Shown in pieces: positions 20,376 through 32,812 of a stretch of DNA of 64,000 nt. The first letter of the stretch is position 1; the number at the start of each line of letters is the position of its first letter. This stretch comes from a virus. Lineage: Duplodnaviria > Caudoviricetes. The position numbers were made by a program, and so were the translations under genes. The notes under the pieces were generated by a model that worked only from the letters and a program-made list of their open reading frames with translations, searched no databases and was not told the DNA's origin. The stretch covers positions 180-64,179 of the IMG/VR virus record IMGVR_UViG_3300027621_000007, one strand, 5' to 3'.

Positions 20376-23300
20376 CTAAAAGTTAGAGGCTATATCAGAG
20401 TAAGGATCTTTGCCGACAGATGGCATTCCGTTATACATAGTACTGTTTATTGGCCCATCAACAACACCCCCAAGTAAGCTTCTTAGGTTATTTAAGTCTC
20501 CCATAGATCCGGTAGTGTTAACTTGGTATTGCATTCCATATCCCTGGCTCTGCATCTGTGCTGATTGCAGGGCCATATCCCTGGTTGGGGGTCTACCATC
20601 ATATGCGCTACCACCAGGCAATAGTGGGGGTCCTGCGACATCTTGCTCTGTTAAGTCTTTCTTTTTATTCCTTTGATATAAAAAGCTTGCTCCAATTAAA
20701 GCTAATAGTGCAACTCCTGATGTTTTAACAGTTTTGTTTTCAAGAAGTTTTTTTAATTCACCACCTTGAAATGATTGAGTTATTCTTTTATAGGGGCTCT
20801 TAGCAATACTCCCTGGGGTTGGATACATGTCCGCAACTGCATCGCCTAATTCATCTTTTAGATTTGTGACCCTGTCTGTTACTAGCCCAGCAGGGAAAGC
20901 AGGCGATGCAGCTTCGGCTTCTATTTGCGCAAGCCTGTTCATAGCCTGATGTTGACCAAAAGCTTCTTGTGCAGATTCTTCAACAACTTGTCGCATGGCG
21001 CTTCTTTGAGTCCCTGGTGAGGAAACCATTTCCATGAAAGATAAAAGAGTTTTATCTACTCTTTCTCCCGGATTCTTTTTATGAAAAGTTACAAATTGTG
21101 CTGCTTGTTCTGCGTCAACTTTTAATAAATCTGCTGCTCCACTACCATGATGATCTCGATATAGCTGCTGCACAAGATCAAAATGCCTTGCATCATATGC
21201 TTGTGAACGAAGTCTCCTTCTTTCTTTGGCTAAGTTGAATATATCCATCATTGCATCTTCAGCTCCCTCCTCACCCAAGGCGCTAAATATACTGCTACCT
21301 CCTTCTCCATACATTGAAGCCATTTCTGATTGGAGCGTATCAATCATATCTAGAACATTACCAGAAGCAGATATTTCTTTCATTGCCCTTAAACCTTCAG
21401 CCATTTGAATACTTATTAAACTTTTAATTTTATCTACTTGAGCCTTAACTGGTTGTGACATTGTTGCCCCACGGAGACTTAATTCTATATCTTTTAATTC
21501 GCCAAATGAACTAGACACATCTGGTGATCGTAAAAGAGCTCTTGATATATCTCTGTACTCTGCTACAGCTATAGGTCTCTCTAATCTTCGCGCCATGTTG
21601 CTGGCTATAACATCTTGAGCACGGTTGACCTGTTCTTGTTGCACTGAGATATCTCTAGCCATTGCTGATGTTGCAAACCTTTCATATGCTGGTGTTCCGG
21701 GCTTTAGTGTTATAGCTTCTTCGTAGCCTTTTGCATCTAGGGAACTAAGTTTTTTTATATCTTCTTCTACTTTTGATCTTTGTATTGGATCAAGTGTTGC
21801 ATCTGCTAGAAAATCTCGAAGACCTGAAATTTTTGAAGCTCGTTCAGCAATTCTGTCTGTTGTAATATTTAATCTTTCTGCATAGGCAACAGGGTCATAC
21901 CCTGGTAAATCTCCTTCTGCTTTTCCTGCAGCGATAGCTGCGCCTCTTGTCCAGCCAAGGAATGCAGCTGCTTTTTCAATTTGTGCTTCTAAAACATCTC
22001 CAATTTCGGTTTGAAATTTGTGTAGATTATCAGCTGTAACTAGTGTTCCACTGCTTCTTGTTCTATTGATCACTGATGCGATTGAATCATACGCGCTTCT
22101 AATCATCTGCTGTTCAGCAAGGTCGCTTGTTGAAGCAAGCACTTGGTCTAACGGCCTTATTGAATTTCCTCCGCTTAATTGCTTAACTATGTCAACTACG
22201 TTTGATGGAGGGATAGCTCCAATACCATATCTTTTTTGTGCAGCTGGAATTAATGAACCAAATTGATCAAGTATTGATTGGTCTTCCAATGTTTGTTGAA
22301 CCATGTTAAGTGATCCTGCTGAAAACGATCCTCTATTAGACGAAACTCCAATAGTATTCCTTAACTTTTGATTCAGTGCTGCCTGCATTACTGAAGTGGT
22401 GCTAAGCTCTTGTATGGCAGATCCACCAATTTCTAATGCTTGTTCTTCAGATACGCCCGGTATAAGTAAGCGCCCCTTTACAAAATCGTGCAATTGGTCA
22501 ACAGTTAACATTTGCCCTGAAGGTAATTTTCGGTTTACAATTTCCAATACCTCATTTCCAACCTCCTCTGATTTTAGTGGGTCAAGAAATATTTCCCCAA
22601 AGTTTGCTATGCTGTAACGTCCGCCTTGTTCAGCGGTTAAATTATTTGCTGCTTGCGCTGTCATTAAGCCATCTGCTGTTTGAACCAAGGCACCTCTTGC
22701 TCTAGGCGAAGCAGCTTGAACATCTATCATTTGCCTGAGTGCTTTGTCAGACATTTCTGGTATTTGACCGCCTACTGATTCAGCTGCGTTTATTGTCATT
22801 TGTTCAAATATTTCTAATTCATTTCCTGAATTAAAGTGTTTTCTGCCAACTGTTGTTCTGTGAGTAAATTGGCCTGTTCCATTTCTTTTCAATATACTTT
22901 TAGCTTGTTCTAGTGTTCTGACTATTTCATCTATCCCGTAGCCTTGGTCTATTAAATTTTGGTATTCTTGATTTCCAAAATTAGAAAAATAATCTACCGC
23001 GCCTTGTTGATTCCCAATAATTTTTTGAACTGATTCGGCGGACTGTAGGTTTGCCCTGAACGCAAATAGCTCTTCAATGCCTTTAGGATCTCTTCTTGCG
23101 TTTATAGCTAGCCTTCTTCGACCATTACCGTCTACAAATGTTCTTAAGCTACTAACAGATGAGTCGTCTAAGTCATAGCCAGACAAGACTCCCTTCATAG
23201 AGGAAGCAACGGGGCCAGTAGTCATCATCTTATCACCCTTCAATGATACCTGCACAAATGGGACACGTCCCTTTGTACCGTCTTTTAGCATAACTTGTTG

Positions 23301-25499
23301 TACGTCATATCCATCAGGCGTAACTCCAGGTATTGCTTCAAGTGACGATTCGTATGTTCTAATATCATGTCTTGAGTCAAATGGAAGAGCTACATTAACC
23401 TGTCCGTCCTTCATTCTAAAAGCGCCTTTAGCGTAGTAATCTCTTATTCTATTGACAATGCTTGGAATTTTTCTTGGATCCTGATTAGATTCAAGCGCTT
23501 TTAATATATCTTCAATTTCTGCTCTATTTCTTTTAGCTAAACCTCTTGCTGTTGCGTCTAACGATGTTTCTGGAATATTAGTCCCAGGAATCATAGGTAC
23601 ATCAAACCTCATTCCCGTTTTTCTATCTACTAAGCCTAATGCCTGGGCTTGAAATTGTATGTCTTTTAGAACTTGATCTGGCACTTGCCCTGTATCGAAA
23701 AAGGACTCAACGAGTGCATTTGTTTCTTGTAAATTTCGTTGAACACTTTGTCTAACCTGTGGACCAAAATAATCTGGATCAGTCAATAAACCCATAGGTT
23801 CTGCAAATACAATTTTGTCACTCTTTGTGGAAACATTCATTGTAATAAATGCTCCTTTAGAAGATCCTAACTCAGACTTTAAGTTAGTGGTTGGTGATAT
23901 GATTAAATATTGTTCTAATTCTTCTGCTCCAGCCTGAATGATTTGTAAAGCATTTAGCCTTTTAGATAATGTAATGATTTCATCTGGACTTGCTGATATA
24001 AGTTTTGCTTCAATATCTTTTATTCGTTCTTTTATTGATATGCCTATTTTTTTATGACCAGTAAAAGAAGTTCCTGGGATAACTGCATTTACCGTATGAT
24101 CTAATCTGGATAATCCTCCTTCAGCTTTAAATGACCCATCTGCTGTTCCTGCGGTAAACGGATTTTCTTCTAATGAAGGATTCTCTATTGCTCGTACTAT
24201 TTTTTCCATTTCACCTTCAAGTTCTGATACTTCTTTTAATGTATCAGAACTAATGGTGCCAGTGGTACTTTGACCCATAGAACCTTTTAGCGCGTTAATA
24301 GGATCTCTTTTTCCTTGTAATAATTCTCTAAATGGCCCATCCATAATACGCAATGAACCATCGTTTGCTGGAGTTATATCATCTTTTAGGTTGTTAAGCC
24401 TTTCGCCTAAAATTCGTGTTCTAGGATCTGTGCTTTCCATTAAAGCTTTTATATCGTTATTTTCTGCTATGGCTTGATATAGCGGCATTTTCGGGTCAAT
24501 TGAATCATCTCTATATTGTAAAGAGTCTATTAAGATCTGTTTTATGTCTGATGCAACGTCTAATGGATCTACATCTGCTGTTGGATGTCTCAATCCGGAA
24601 TATTGCAAAACCTGCTCAAAAGCTTCGTCGGCACTTAATAATATATCCTCTCTTATAATTCCACCAGTGGGCGCTAGTAAAAGTTCTTCAGCTGGAGTCA
24701 TGACATCTCCTGCTGCTTTCCTTAACAACATATCTACGTGATTAGGAGTATATGCTAATTTTCCTGGTAAGCCTGTGCTAGTTCTAAATCTTGATAAAGC
24801 TCTTTCGATTTCACCAGCATCAAAACCAACTTCTCTAGGCGCTAAATTTCTGCTTTGTCTTTTAGGTAATTTTCCTAGTCTCCCTGCAACTCCGGCATTA
24901 TTTCCTGCTGATATATCTTCAAAAAAATCTTCAACAAAACTTTTTCTAAATGTTGGAACACCTGCTAATGATTTAATTTTAGATTGCTGATCCAACGTGA
25001 GTGGTAGTCCTGTTGCAGATATCGAATGGCTAACCCTCATTATACCTTCGTCTGTTATAACAGAAATCCCCGGATATCGTATTTGACTTGGTGATGTTGG
25101 ATCTGTTAATAAATTCAATGATTGTTTATTTCCACCCCAATTATATTGAAGGTAAGCAGAATCCAACTGTTGACCAAATAAATTACCAAGACCGTTATCA
25201 TCTAATTCTGCCTGTGAAGCTGATCTTAAATAAGTATTAAGTGCAAATAATTCAGACTGTAACGCTGCATCTCCGATGCTTTGACCCATCGAAAATGCGT
25301 CTGAGCCTATTTTTCTAAAGTCAACCATTTGATAAGCCGACAAGTCTGCTACGGCATCTTGTATATTATCGTAGGATACGCCAGTAGCTTTATTAAGAAT
25401 CTTGCCAGTTGCGTCTACAACTTCCATCATACCAAATGCTGGAGTTCTGCTTAGAACTCTCCTGGTGGCTTCTAACCTTGGATTAAACGTGCTCGGCAT
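20376..25499 (-). CDS. Large (1707 aa) virion protein, probably internal/ejected, with C-terminal transmembrane helix
   Basis: Mostly helical-looking; hydrophobic GVALLALIGASFLY followed by KKK near the C-terminus; contains LSGYDLDD...ARRDP. Confidence 0.55.
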   Translation of the reverse strand: MPSTFNPRLEATRRVLSRTPAFGMMEVVDATGKILNKATGVSYDNIQDAVADLSAYQMVDFRKIGSDAFSMGQSIGDAALQSELFALNTYLRSASQAELDDNGLGNLFGQQLDSAYLQYNWGGNKQSLNLLTDPTSPSQIRYPGISVITDEGIMRVSHSISATGLPLTLDQQSKIKSLAGVPTFRKSFVEDFFEDISAGNNAGVAGRLGKLPKRQSRNLAPREVGFDAGEIERALSRFRTSTGLPGKLAYTPNHVDMLLRKAAGDVMTPAEELLLAPTGGIIREDILLSADEAFEQVLQYSGLRHPTADVDPLDVASDIKQILIDSLQYRDDSIDPKMPLYQAIAENNDIKALMESTDPRTRILGERLNNLKDDITPANDGSLRIMDGPFRELLQGKRDPINALKGSMGQSTTGTISSDTLKEVSELEGEMEKIVRAIENPSLEENPFTAGTADGSFKAEGGLSRLDHTVNAVIPGTSFTGHKKIGISIKERIKDIEAKLISASPDEIITLSKRLNALQIIQAGAEELEQYLIISPTTNLKSELGSSKGAFITMNVSTKSDKIVFAEPMGLLTDPDYFGPQVRQSVQRNLQETNALVESFFDTGQVPDQVLKDIQFQAQALGLVDRKTGMRFDVPMIPGTNIPETSLDATARGLAKRNRAEIEDILKALESNQDPRKIPSIVNRIRDYYAKGAFRMKDGQVNVALPFDSRHDIRTYESSLEAIPGVTPDGYDVQQVMLKDGTKGRVPFVQVSLKGDKMMTTGPVASSMKGVLSGYDLDDSSVSSLRTFVDGNGRRRLAINARRDPKGIEELFAFRANLQSAESVQKIIGNQQGAVDYFSNFGNQEYQNLIDQGYGIDEIVRTLEQAKSILKRNGTGQFTHRTTVGRKHFNSGNELEIFEQMTINAAESVGGQIPEMSDKALRQMIDVQAASPRARGALVQTADGLMTAQAANNLTAEQGGRYSIANFGEIFLDPLKSEEVGNEVLEIVNRKLPSGQMLTVDQLHDFVKGRLLIPGVSEEQALEIGGSAIQELSTTSVMQAALNQKLRNTIGVSSNRGSFSAGSLNMVQQTLEDQSILDQFGSLIPAAQKRYGIGAIPPSNVVDIVKQLSGGNSIRPLDQVLASTSDLAEQQMIRSAYDSIASVINRTRSSGTLVTADNLHKFQTEIGDVLEAQIEKAAAFLGWTRGAAIAAGKAEGDLPGYDPVAYAERLNITTDRIAERASKISGLRDFLADATLDPIQRSKVEEDIKKLSSLDAKGYEEAITLKPGTPAYERFATSAMARDISVQQEQVNRAQDVIASNMARRLERPIAVAEYRDISRALLRSPDVSSSFGELKDIELSLRGATMSQPVKAQVDKIKSLISIQMAEGLRAMKEISASGNVLDMIDTLQSEMASMYGEGGSSIFSALGEEGAEDAMMDIFNLAKERRRLRSQAYDARHFDLVQQLYRDHHGSGAADLLKVDAEQAAQFVTFHKKNPGERVDKTLLSFMEMVSSPGTQRSAMRQVVEESAQEAFGQHQAMNRLAQIEAEAASPAFPAGLVTDRVTNLKDELGDAVADMYPTPGSIAKSPYKRITQSFQGGELKKLLENKTVKTSGVALLALIGASFLYQRNKKKDLTEQDVAGPPLLPGGSAYDGRPPTRDMALQSAQMQSQGYGMQYQVNTTGSMGDLNNLRSLLGGVVDGPINSTMYNGMPSVGKDPYSDIASNF

Positions 25500-25503
25500 A
25501 TAG

Positions 25504-28500
25504 TTAGATCAATGTGGCTATTCCGGCTAAGCCAGAGGATATGTTGATTCCGGAGCCACCACCATTATTTCTGACTGGTGTCACTGATCCGTTTATTCCA
25601 TTTCTAGACATCATAAGCCTTAATTGTGCAGACACATTTCTTGGGTCCTGAGAAGACTGGTAGTTTGGATACGATGGATTAACCAAATTTGCTTCACGTA
25701 TCTGTTGTGGATAGTAACCCATTTGTGACATGTTTATGCCTGAATTATTACCCATTTTTATTTTAACTTGTTCCATACTGGTATTTGGATGCCACCCCTC
25801 CCATCCTAAATCTGGAAGTTCATGTCTCGAAAAGAACTCTGTAAGGTCTGGCTTTTCTTCAACTGGCCTACCCCATGCTGCTTGATAGATTCTTCTTTCT
25901 AGCCTTGGAGCCGTCGAAAGAATTGCATCTCTTTCTTCTTCTGGCGCTGCTATCATTGCTTTAAAATGTTCCCTTTTTCTTTTTGGTATAGATAAAGATA
26001 ATGTGTCTATACTATTTCCGTATGAATCAGCGGGCATATCGTTATTAAATAGGTCTGCTCCATACATTGTTCTCTTTGCTGCTAGTGAAAATTGAGCAGC
26101 TGATGCGCTGTCCCCTGCTTGTGCGGCTTCGTTTGATAACTTTCTGTTCTTTACATAAGAAAGAATATCCGTGTACTCTTCAAGGGCTAGTTGTTTTTTT
26201 CTTTCCTTTGGTATAAATCTTTCACCAGTAAGTTTTTGCTTTATATTATGGTAGCTTCCATATGCAATACCTGTTGCAAATCCTATAGTTGATGCTATCA
26301 TCTTTGGGCCTGGTTTTTTAGCAAACAGTGAAGCAATTCCTGCTGTTAATAATCCAGCTGTTAAAGGATTTCTTTGAGTTGATTTATCATAAATTGGCTT
26401 AATAAAACTATCTATTGGTTTTTGCCATTCTGGAAATGTTGCTCCATAAACATTTCTTCTTTCCCAATCTTCTTGTGCTGTTCTGCTGCCTGACAATTTT
26501 GTGTTAATGAACGTATCTCTATGGGCAATATATTCACCAAATTTACCAATATTTTTTTTAGTTTGACTTATTCCAAGTTCTTCCGCACTACCATACTTAT
26601 ACCTATATGGTTTAAATGTATTTTTTCTTGTTGTTTCATCTACTTGAGCTCTTATTTTTTCTGCTTCAATTCTATCGGCAGGTGAAAGCATTCCGTTTGT
26701 TAACTGTCTATCGAGTGCCCTGTATTGCCTAGAGTATGGAGCAACATCTCCAAGAATATCTAATTGAGTTATGGGATTCGTGTAATCTTTTTTAGTTGGG
26801 TTTAATCTTTCATATGCTACACCAGGTAATCTTAATTCGCCTTCTTGTATTTTTGTAAACGGATCGCCTGTTTGAAAATTTGTAAAATAATCTGAGCCTG
26901 GAAGAAATGGATATTTTTGTCCCATCGTATTTTTGATAGGATTTAAATATGTTATATCTGTTCTTTCTTTTGGAATAAATCTTCTAGTTATTTCAGAAAG
27001 TTCTAATCCACTAAAACCATTTTCCATTCCAAGTGGAACGTCACCTAAGCCGCCAAGATTAAGATCCCAAAATGATCTTCCCATTCCATAGCTTTTAGAC
27101 GCCGACTGTAATACAGCTCTATTTGGTTGGAAATCTGATCTGCCAAATCCAAATCCTTCTCTAAGATTGGCAAAACTAAATCCATAGATACCAGCCATTT
27201 CCTGTGCTCTATAGCCAAATTCTGAAGCTTGGAAATTTGCGCCGCCCATCTGAATTGGTTTGCCTACTGGAACAATTGAAGGTGGTATAAACCCGGGGAC
27301 TGGTGGGGGGCCATATTGGCTAGATTCCAAATAGCCTTGGTTAACGGTTGATATTGTATTGAGTGATATATTTTTTGCTGTGTTTAGCGGAGCATACGAT
27401 GCGCTTACTAGTGAACTATTATAATTTCCAATTTGCGCACCTGAAACCACCGGAGAAGATCTTAGGTTATTACTTTGTCCACCAACGTATCCAGAAACTC
27501 CACCACCAGTCATTGTCAAACGTCCAGATGACATTATTCCAGTTGGATCATAAGCCCCTTGTGCGCCGGCTGGGACATACTGACTTAGTGCATTAGCAAC
27601 TTCTTGTTGATGCATTCTTACTTGCGGTTTTAATATTTTTCCAACAGTTAAGTTTAAAGCTGGCGTAACCGGACCAAATGGACCAGTAAAATAATCTCCA
27701 CTTAACGGAGTTGGTCTATCATAATAATTTTCTCTTTCAAATCTATATGGGTCAAAGGGTCTAAGCGGGGAAAAATCATAACCAAATGCCAATCTTTCCA
27801 TTGGTGAGTCGAATGCATCTGAAGTGTACGTCCCACCTGCTTGCATTCTTCTGTAATACGAAGGTCTGTAATATGAAACTTTTCCGCCTTTAAACGGCGT
27901 CACTCCAAGTGACCAAAATCTGCCCTGTCTTACTGCTACTTCGCCTTCTAGTAATTGCTCTTTCTTTTCGCCATACCCCATACCACCAGGAGTTATACCA
28001 GAAGCAATTGATTGTGCTTCCACGACACCTCTTGCAATCTTTGTTCCAAAGTATGGAGAATATACTCTTTCACCTCTGTCATCTTTTGGCTGTGTATATC
28101 CACCTATGGTTCTGTCGACAGCTAATGCTGTTGTGCCAGCTGCAAAAATTGGGAGTACTCTTTTAGTTACTAATCCTTTAAGGAAAAATGATGCAGGACT
28201 TCCATAATTTTCTGCAGTCAGCCCTAACCCAATCGTGCCAGGATATCTATTTAATCTATCACTAAGATGTATTGATGGAATTGAGGCTGCACTAAAACTG
28301 CCTGGATCAGAATAACTATTTATACCTAAAACATTTTTAGCTACTTTAGTAAATGAAGTTTCTCCACTGACTGCCCTGTCTAATACTGTTCCAAAAGTAG
28401 GTACGAACGTTAGACCCTCATTGCCCAACGGGTTTTCAGCATTGTCTTCCAGCTGGTATGGTGATACGCTAGTTAACTTTTTAAATGCTGGTCTAACCAA

Positions 28501-31500
28501 AGAGGTGTATCTAGTAAAGCCAACAGCACCTACGTTAGATATAGATTGAGAAACATATGGTTGAACTAATTTTCTTAACGACTGCCTAAATGGATCATTA
28601 TTGTTTCTTTCTCTAGTCAGATAACCCAGAGCTGCTCCGGCATTTGCCCCGTTTTGCGCAGATGCTCTGAAGTTTTTAAATGAAGCAATATTTAGTACTG
28701 TTGACAGACCTGCTGCTCTTGCTTCTGATAACTGAGTTCCAGATATCAAACCTTCTTTTGATAGTTTAACCAATGCTTCTTCGAGCTTAATAGCTAACTG
28801 TGTAGGATTGCCTGCCATATTTTCGTAGGCGTGCATCTCAACAAGAGTTCTATGTAAAACATTTCTTAAATAGTCAGCTCTACTTGTAATTGAGGGAGAA
28901 GCGCTTTTTATTTGTTGACTAGATAAAACATCTGCACTTTCTGCAAGACTGGTAAGTCTATTTACTTGTCTTGTTAAGCCCTCTGTTTCTACTCCCCTAT
29001 ATCTTAATCTGCCTTTAAGATCTTCGGCTTTTATCTTTGTATCTTTTGCCGCCGCAACAAGATCTTGTGCTGTATTTATTTCACTTGCAGAAGCTTTTCT
29101 TCCACCACCAATATCTAATTGTGGCAATCCGAATTTTTCTTCATTTGCTCTCATTACCCTACGAGGAGTTGCACTCTTTTCAGTTTGCGCTCTGAAAGCA
29201 TCAAACGCTTTTAAAACATCTGTATGTGTATGGGTTTGTTTTCCAGATTGATCTATTATACTAAACTCGCTACTTGCTTCATCTTGTACTAATTGAATCG
29301 ATCTTTTTGTTATTGGATTTGTAACTTTTCCATCAGAAATAAGCTGACCCATTATCTGTGGGTTATCTATATCTCTGTATCTCTTACCTAGTCTTCCTGC
29401 GTACCTAAAAATAGAGTTTGGTTGTTCTTCATCTATGTCAAATTTTCTTTTGAATTTTTCTATTCTTGTTAATGGACTTCCATCTATTTCGGATTTTCTT
29501 ACCGATTCCCTATTTGATGCAAGACGCGCTGCTCTTGCGTACAGATCAGTTTCAATAGAAGAAAATCTCTTATATTCTCCAGGCAATAGTTCTGCGCCTG
29601 CTCCTTCAGATATGCCATATAATTTTCCGACACCACCATACAGTCTGTTAGATTTTTTTGCCCAAGCATATACATCTGGAGCACTTCCAGCACCGCCTAA
29701 GAATGCCTGCCTAGAAGTGCCTGGCATTAATTCTATTTCGTTTGTTTTGCTGACTCCTCTAGGCCCACCAAGGCCAAGCATTTGAAGTGGATTAAATCCA
29801 ACAATTGGTAAACCATAATTTTCTGTTAAAGAATCTAAGAATGCCGTTGCACTCGCTCTAGCTTTTGTTGTATCAAGAATTTGACCAGATTGATTTTGGT
29901 AAACACCTCTTAATGCCGTGTAACCAAAGGTCCTTGAGACTGGATCCTTTTTTGCAATTTCAGCAAATAAACGTCTTGCTTCTAATTGTTGATCTAATGC
30001 AATATCATTAAATAAACCTCTGTCGAAAGCTTCGTCTACATTTATTTCTTTCAGACCTAAAAAGTTATAACCACCAATATCTGATGGTCTTGTCATCAAT
30101 CTTTTATCTATTAATATTTGCTTTAGTTGGTCCGTGTCTGCTGAGTCAATTCCTCTCTTTGCGAGTTGATCAGCTATAAAATTTTCAGATGTTAGTGATC
30201 CATCTGATTCTACTAATTTTATTCCGTAAAGACTCAGCTACTTTTCTTGATAGAAAATTTTGTTTTGTTGCACTTATAGTTCCAGTAAAGTCTCCAAATA
30301 CAGCTTTTTGTGGCCTTAGTATAGAAGCTGCCTGAGATGTATATATATCTTGTGCATCTTGGGTATATGATATGCTAGCTCTTTGTTGTAATTGTGTTCT
30401 AAAATCTTCCCCAGAAAAAATTTGATCTGTTGTTGTAAATGCTTCTTTTAAAGAATCTTCTGTAAAACCTATAGCTTTTGTACCTAAATCTTTTTTAGCT
30501 CTTGCTACTAAGTTATTAAAAAATTCATTATCATCTTTAGCTATAATTTTATTAACACCATAAGTTATTCTTTGGGAAACACTTCTTAAATCAGTTTCGT
30601 TTACTCCTGGCAATCTTTTGATTTTTAAACCAGATATAAACTCTTGTGCTGCAGATCTATTATATCCCCTTGATACCATCTGTTCTTCAAGAGTTTTGTT
30701 ATATGCATTCTGTTCAAAGTTTGCTATCCATGATCCCTTTTGGGCCAAAGTTCCATCTGGATTCGCCATGCTTCGTGCAGCAGCACTGTTGCCAACTAAG
30801 TTGATAAACCTACTTGAGTGTTGTTGCCTTATTGCAGATATTGTTTTATTCAATATTTCAGAAGCTATAGTGGGATCACCACTTGCTTTTCTGAGTCCTT
30901 CGTCGAAAGATATCGCACCAGATATTACGTCATATGCATTCTTTCCTCTTTTAAATTCTCTACCAAATCCTCTTGCTGCTGAGGGCATGTTTCTAATTGC
31001 TGGTATTGTGTCAGCAAAACCCAGGAAGTCTTCGGCGGAAGGCCCAGCACCACTGTCTACGAGGCCATGGTGTCCAATCAGGAATGATTTAGCTGATTTA
31101 GCTGCGCTCCTTAGTTTGCCCTCACCTGAGAGCTCTGACGCTAGTCTGGAGGCATTGTACCCCCTTCTTGATTGACGAAGGGCAAAAACAAAACCACTTT
31201 CTTTTGTTTGTGACTCTTGTAAAGAAGTGTTAAATGCATGCGATGCCGATGCACTTATTCTAGTAGCCTGATTCATTAACTGTCCGGCGTCTTGGCCGAA
31301 CGAATTAAGTATTGTCTTTATATCTGCTATTTTATGCGAAGTTTTTGATTGATTTTTAGTAACTGGTGGCGGAAAATCCATGTACCTTGCATCTGCAAGT
31401 GTTCTTAATCTGTTAACTCCAGCTCCAGCAGCAGCCGTTGGGATAATCAGATTTGTTACATTTAATGTAGATTGTTTAACAAAATCAGTTATTACGTCTA

Positions 31501-32164
31501 CCGGGTTATACCATTTTACTTTTGGTCTATCTTGATCGTTACCAAATACTGGGCCAGTAATACCCCTTTGGACGATATAGGTGCTTGGAAGGCCTATGGC
31601 AAGTGTTCTGGCACTCTTGACTAAACTTTGCTGGAGCTGGTCCCTGTAGGACCATATAGCTGCTGGTTCAGCACCAGTTGCTGCTGCCCTAAACTCTTTA
31701 GCCGTCATCCATTTTGTGCCGTCAGAAACATATCCTGGACCAGCTAGTTTACTAAATACCGGTTTAGCTATTGAACCATCTATTTTACTGTGCGTTAATC
31801 TAGCATATGGGTCTACGCCATCTTCAATAAATCTATTTAGACCCTCTAACTCATCTAGAGTTTTTCTTATTTGACCAGCTGTACGAACAACTCTTGAACC
31901 AAGATGAGATCCACTATCAGCTGATTTTTGAATTGTAGAAGATAGTTTTAAGCCGCCCTTTCTTAACCCGCTACTGACGATAAAGCTAGCTGCTAGTGTT
32001 GCACCTGTTGAGGTCAGAAATTTTGCTATTGGCTTATTGTCAAAAAATCTACTTATATGTCCAGCGCCGGAAGACGGACGTTGTTGTTCTCCGTCAGCAG
32101 CTGGAATGTCCCTGCTTGTTACTCCATAGCCTAAATTTTTTATTGAACCCTTATCTCTTAGCAA
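25504..32164 (-). CDS. Tape-measure-like protein (~2219 aa), interrupted by a +1 frameshift at CGGA (30226-30223)
   Basis: Track ORFs 30185..32164 and 25504..30099 join if TTA-C-GGA-ATA is read +1 (...VAESL-G-IKLVESDGSLTSENFIADQLAKRG...). It lies directly downstream of the tail tube and chaperone genes, is A/G/S-rich and has hydrophobic helices. Confidence 0.7.
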
Positions 32165-32181
32165 GACAAACTACCCTTCTA

Positions 32182-32808
32182 CTATCTTGCACCCCAGAGC
32201 TTATGTGCAACAGGGTCATTGTATTTGGCTTCGCCTTCTTTTCTAGACTGGTTATATCTCTTAGCTTTGTCCTCTTGTTGCTCCATTACTTCTTCTGGAT
32301 CGATCAATTGAAGCGTGACATTAGTGGATTCTATTCCTAGAATAGCTTGTTTGATCTCCATTATCTTTTCAGATAAAGCTACTTTTTGAGCTAGTTTAGT
32401 ATAGGTAAGATTGTCTAGATCTTCAGGTGTGTATGATGTTATAGTAGCCAAAACAAAGGCTTTCATTAAGCTTCTAACTTCAGAAGCTTCTAATCTTTTT
32501 TCATCCAGTATTCTCTTTGCTTTTCCCGCAGAAGCAAAGCCAGATTCATTGAGTATCTCTTCAGCCAATGAAGAAACCATTCCTGCAGGATAATGATCTA
32601 GCCCAATATCTACCGGATAAATAACGCCTAATTTTATTATTAATTCTTCTATTTCTGCAGAAGATTCTCCAGATTTTTGGTGCTCTGTTATTTGATCAAA
32701 TTCAGAGAATGTAAGTTCCCTAAATATAACTGTATCTTTTTTTAAAGATGTTTCAAAAACAGAACCATACAAAAGTTTTAGCTCATACAAAACCTCTGGA
32801 TCAAGCAT
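32182..32808 (-). CDS. Tail assembly chaperone-like protein 2
   Basis: Between tube and tape-measure genes; paralogous to the upstream gene (FRELTFSEF / AGMVSSLAEEILNESGF). Confidence 0.55.
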   Translation of the reverse strand: MLDPEVLYELKLLYGSVFETSLKKDTVIFRELTFSEFDQITEHQKSGESSAEIEELIIKLGVIYPVDIGLDHYPAGMVSSLAEEILNESGFASAGKAKRILDEKRLEASEVRSLMKAFVLATITSYTPEDLDNLTYTKLAQKVALSEKIMEIKQAILGIESTNVTLQLIDPEEVMEQQEDKAKRYNQSRKEGEAKYNDPVAHKLWGAR

Positions 32809-32812
32809 AATA

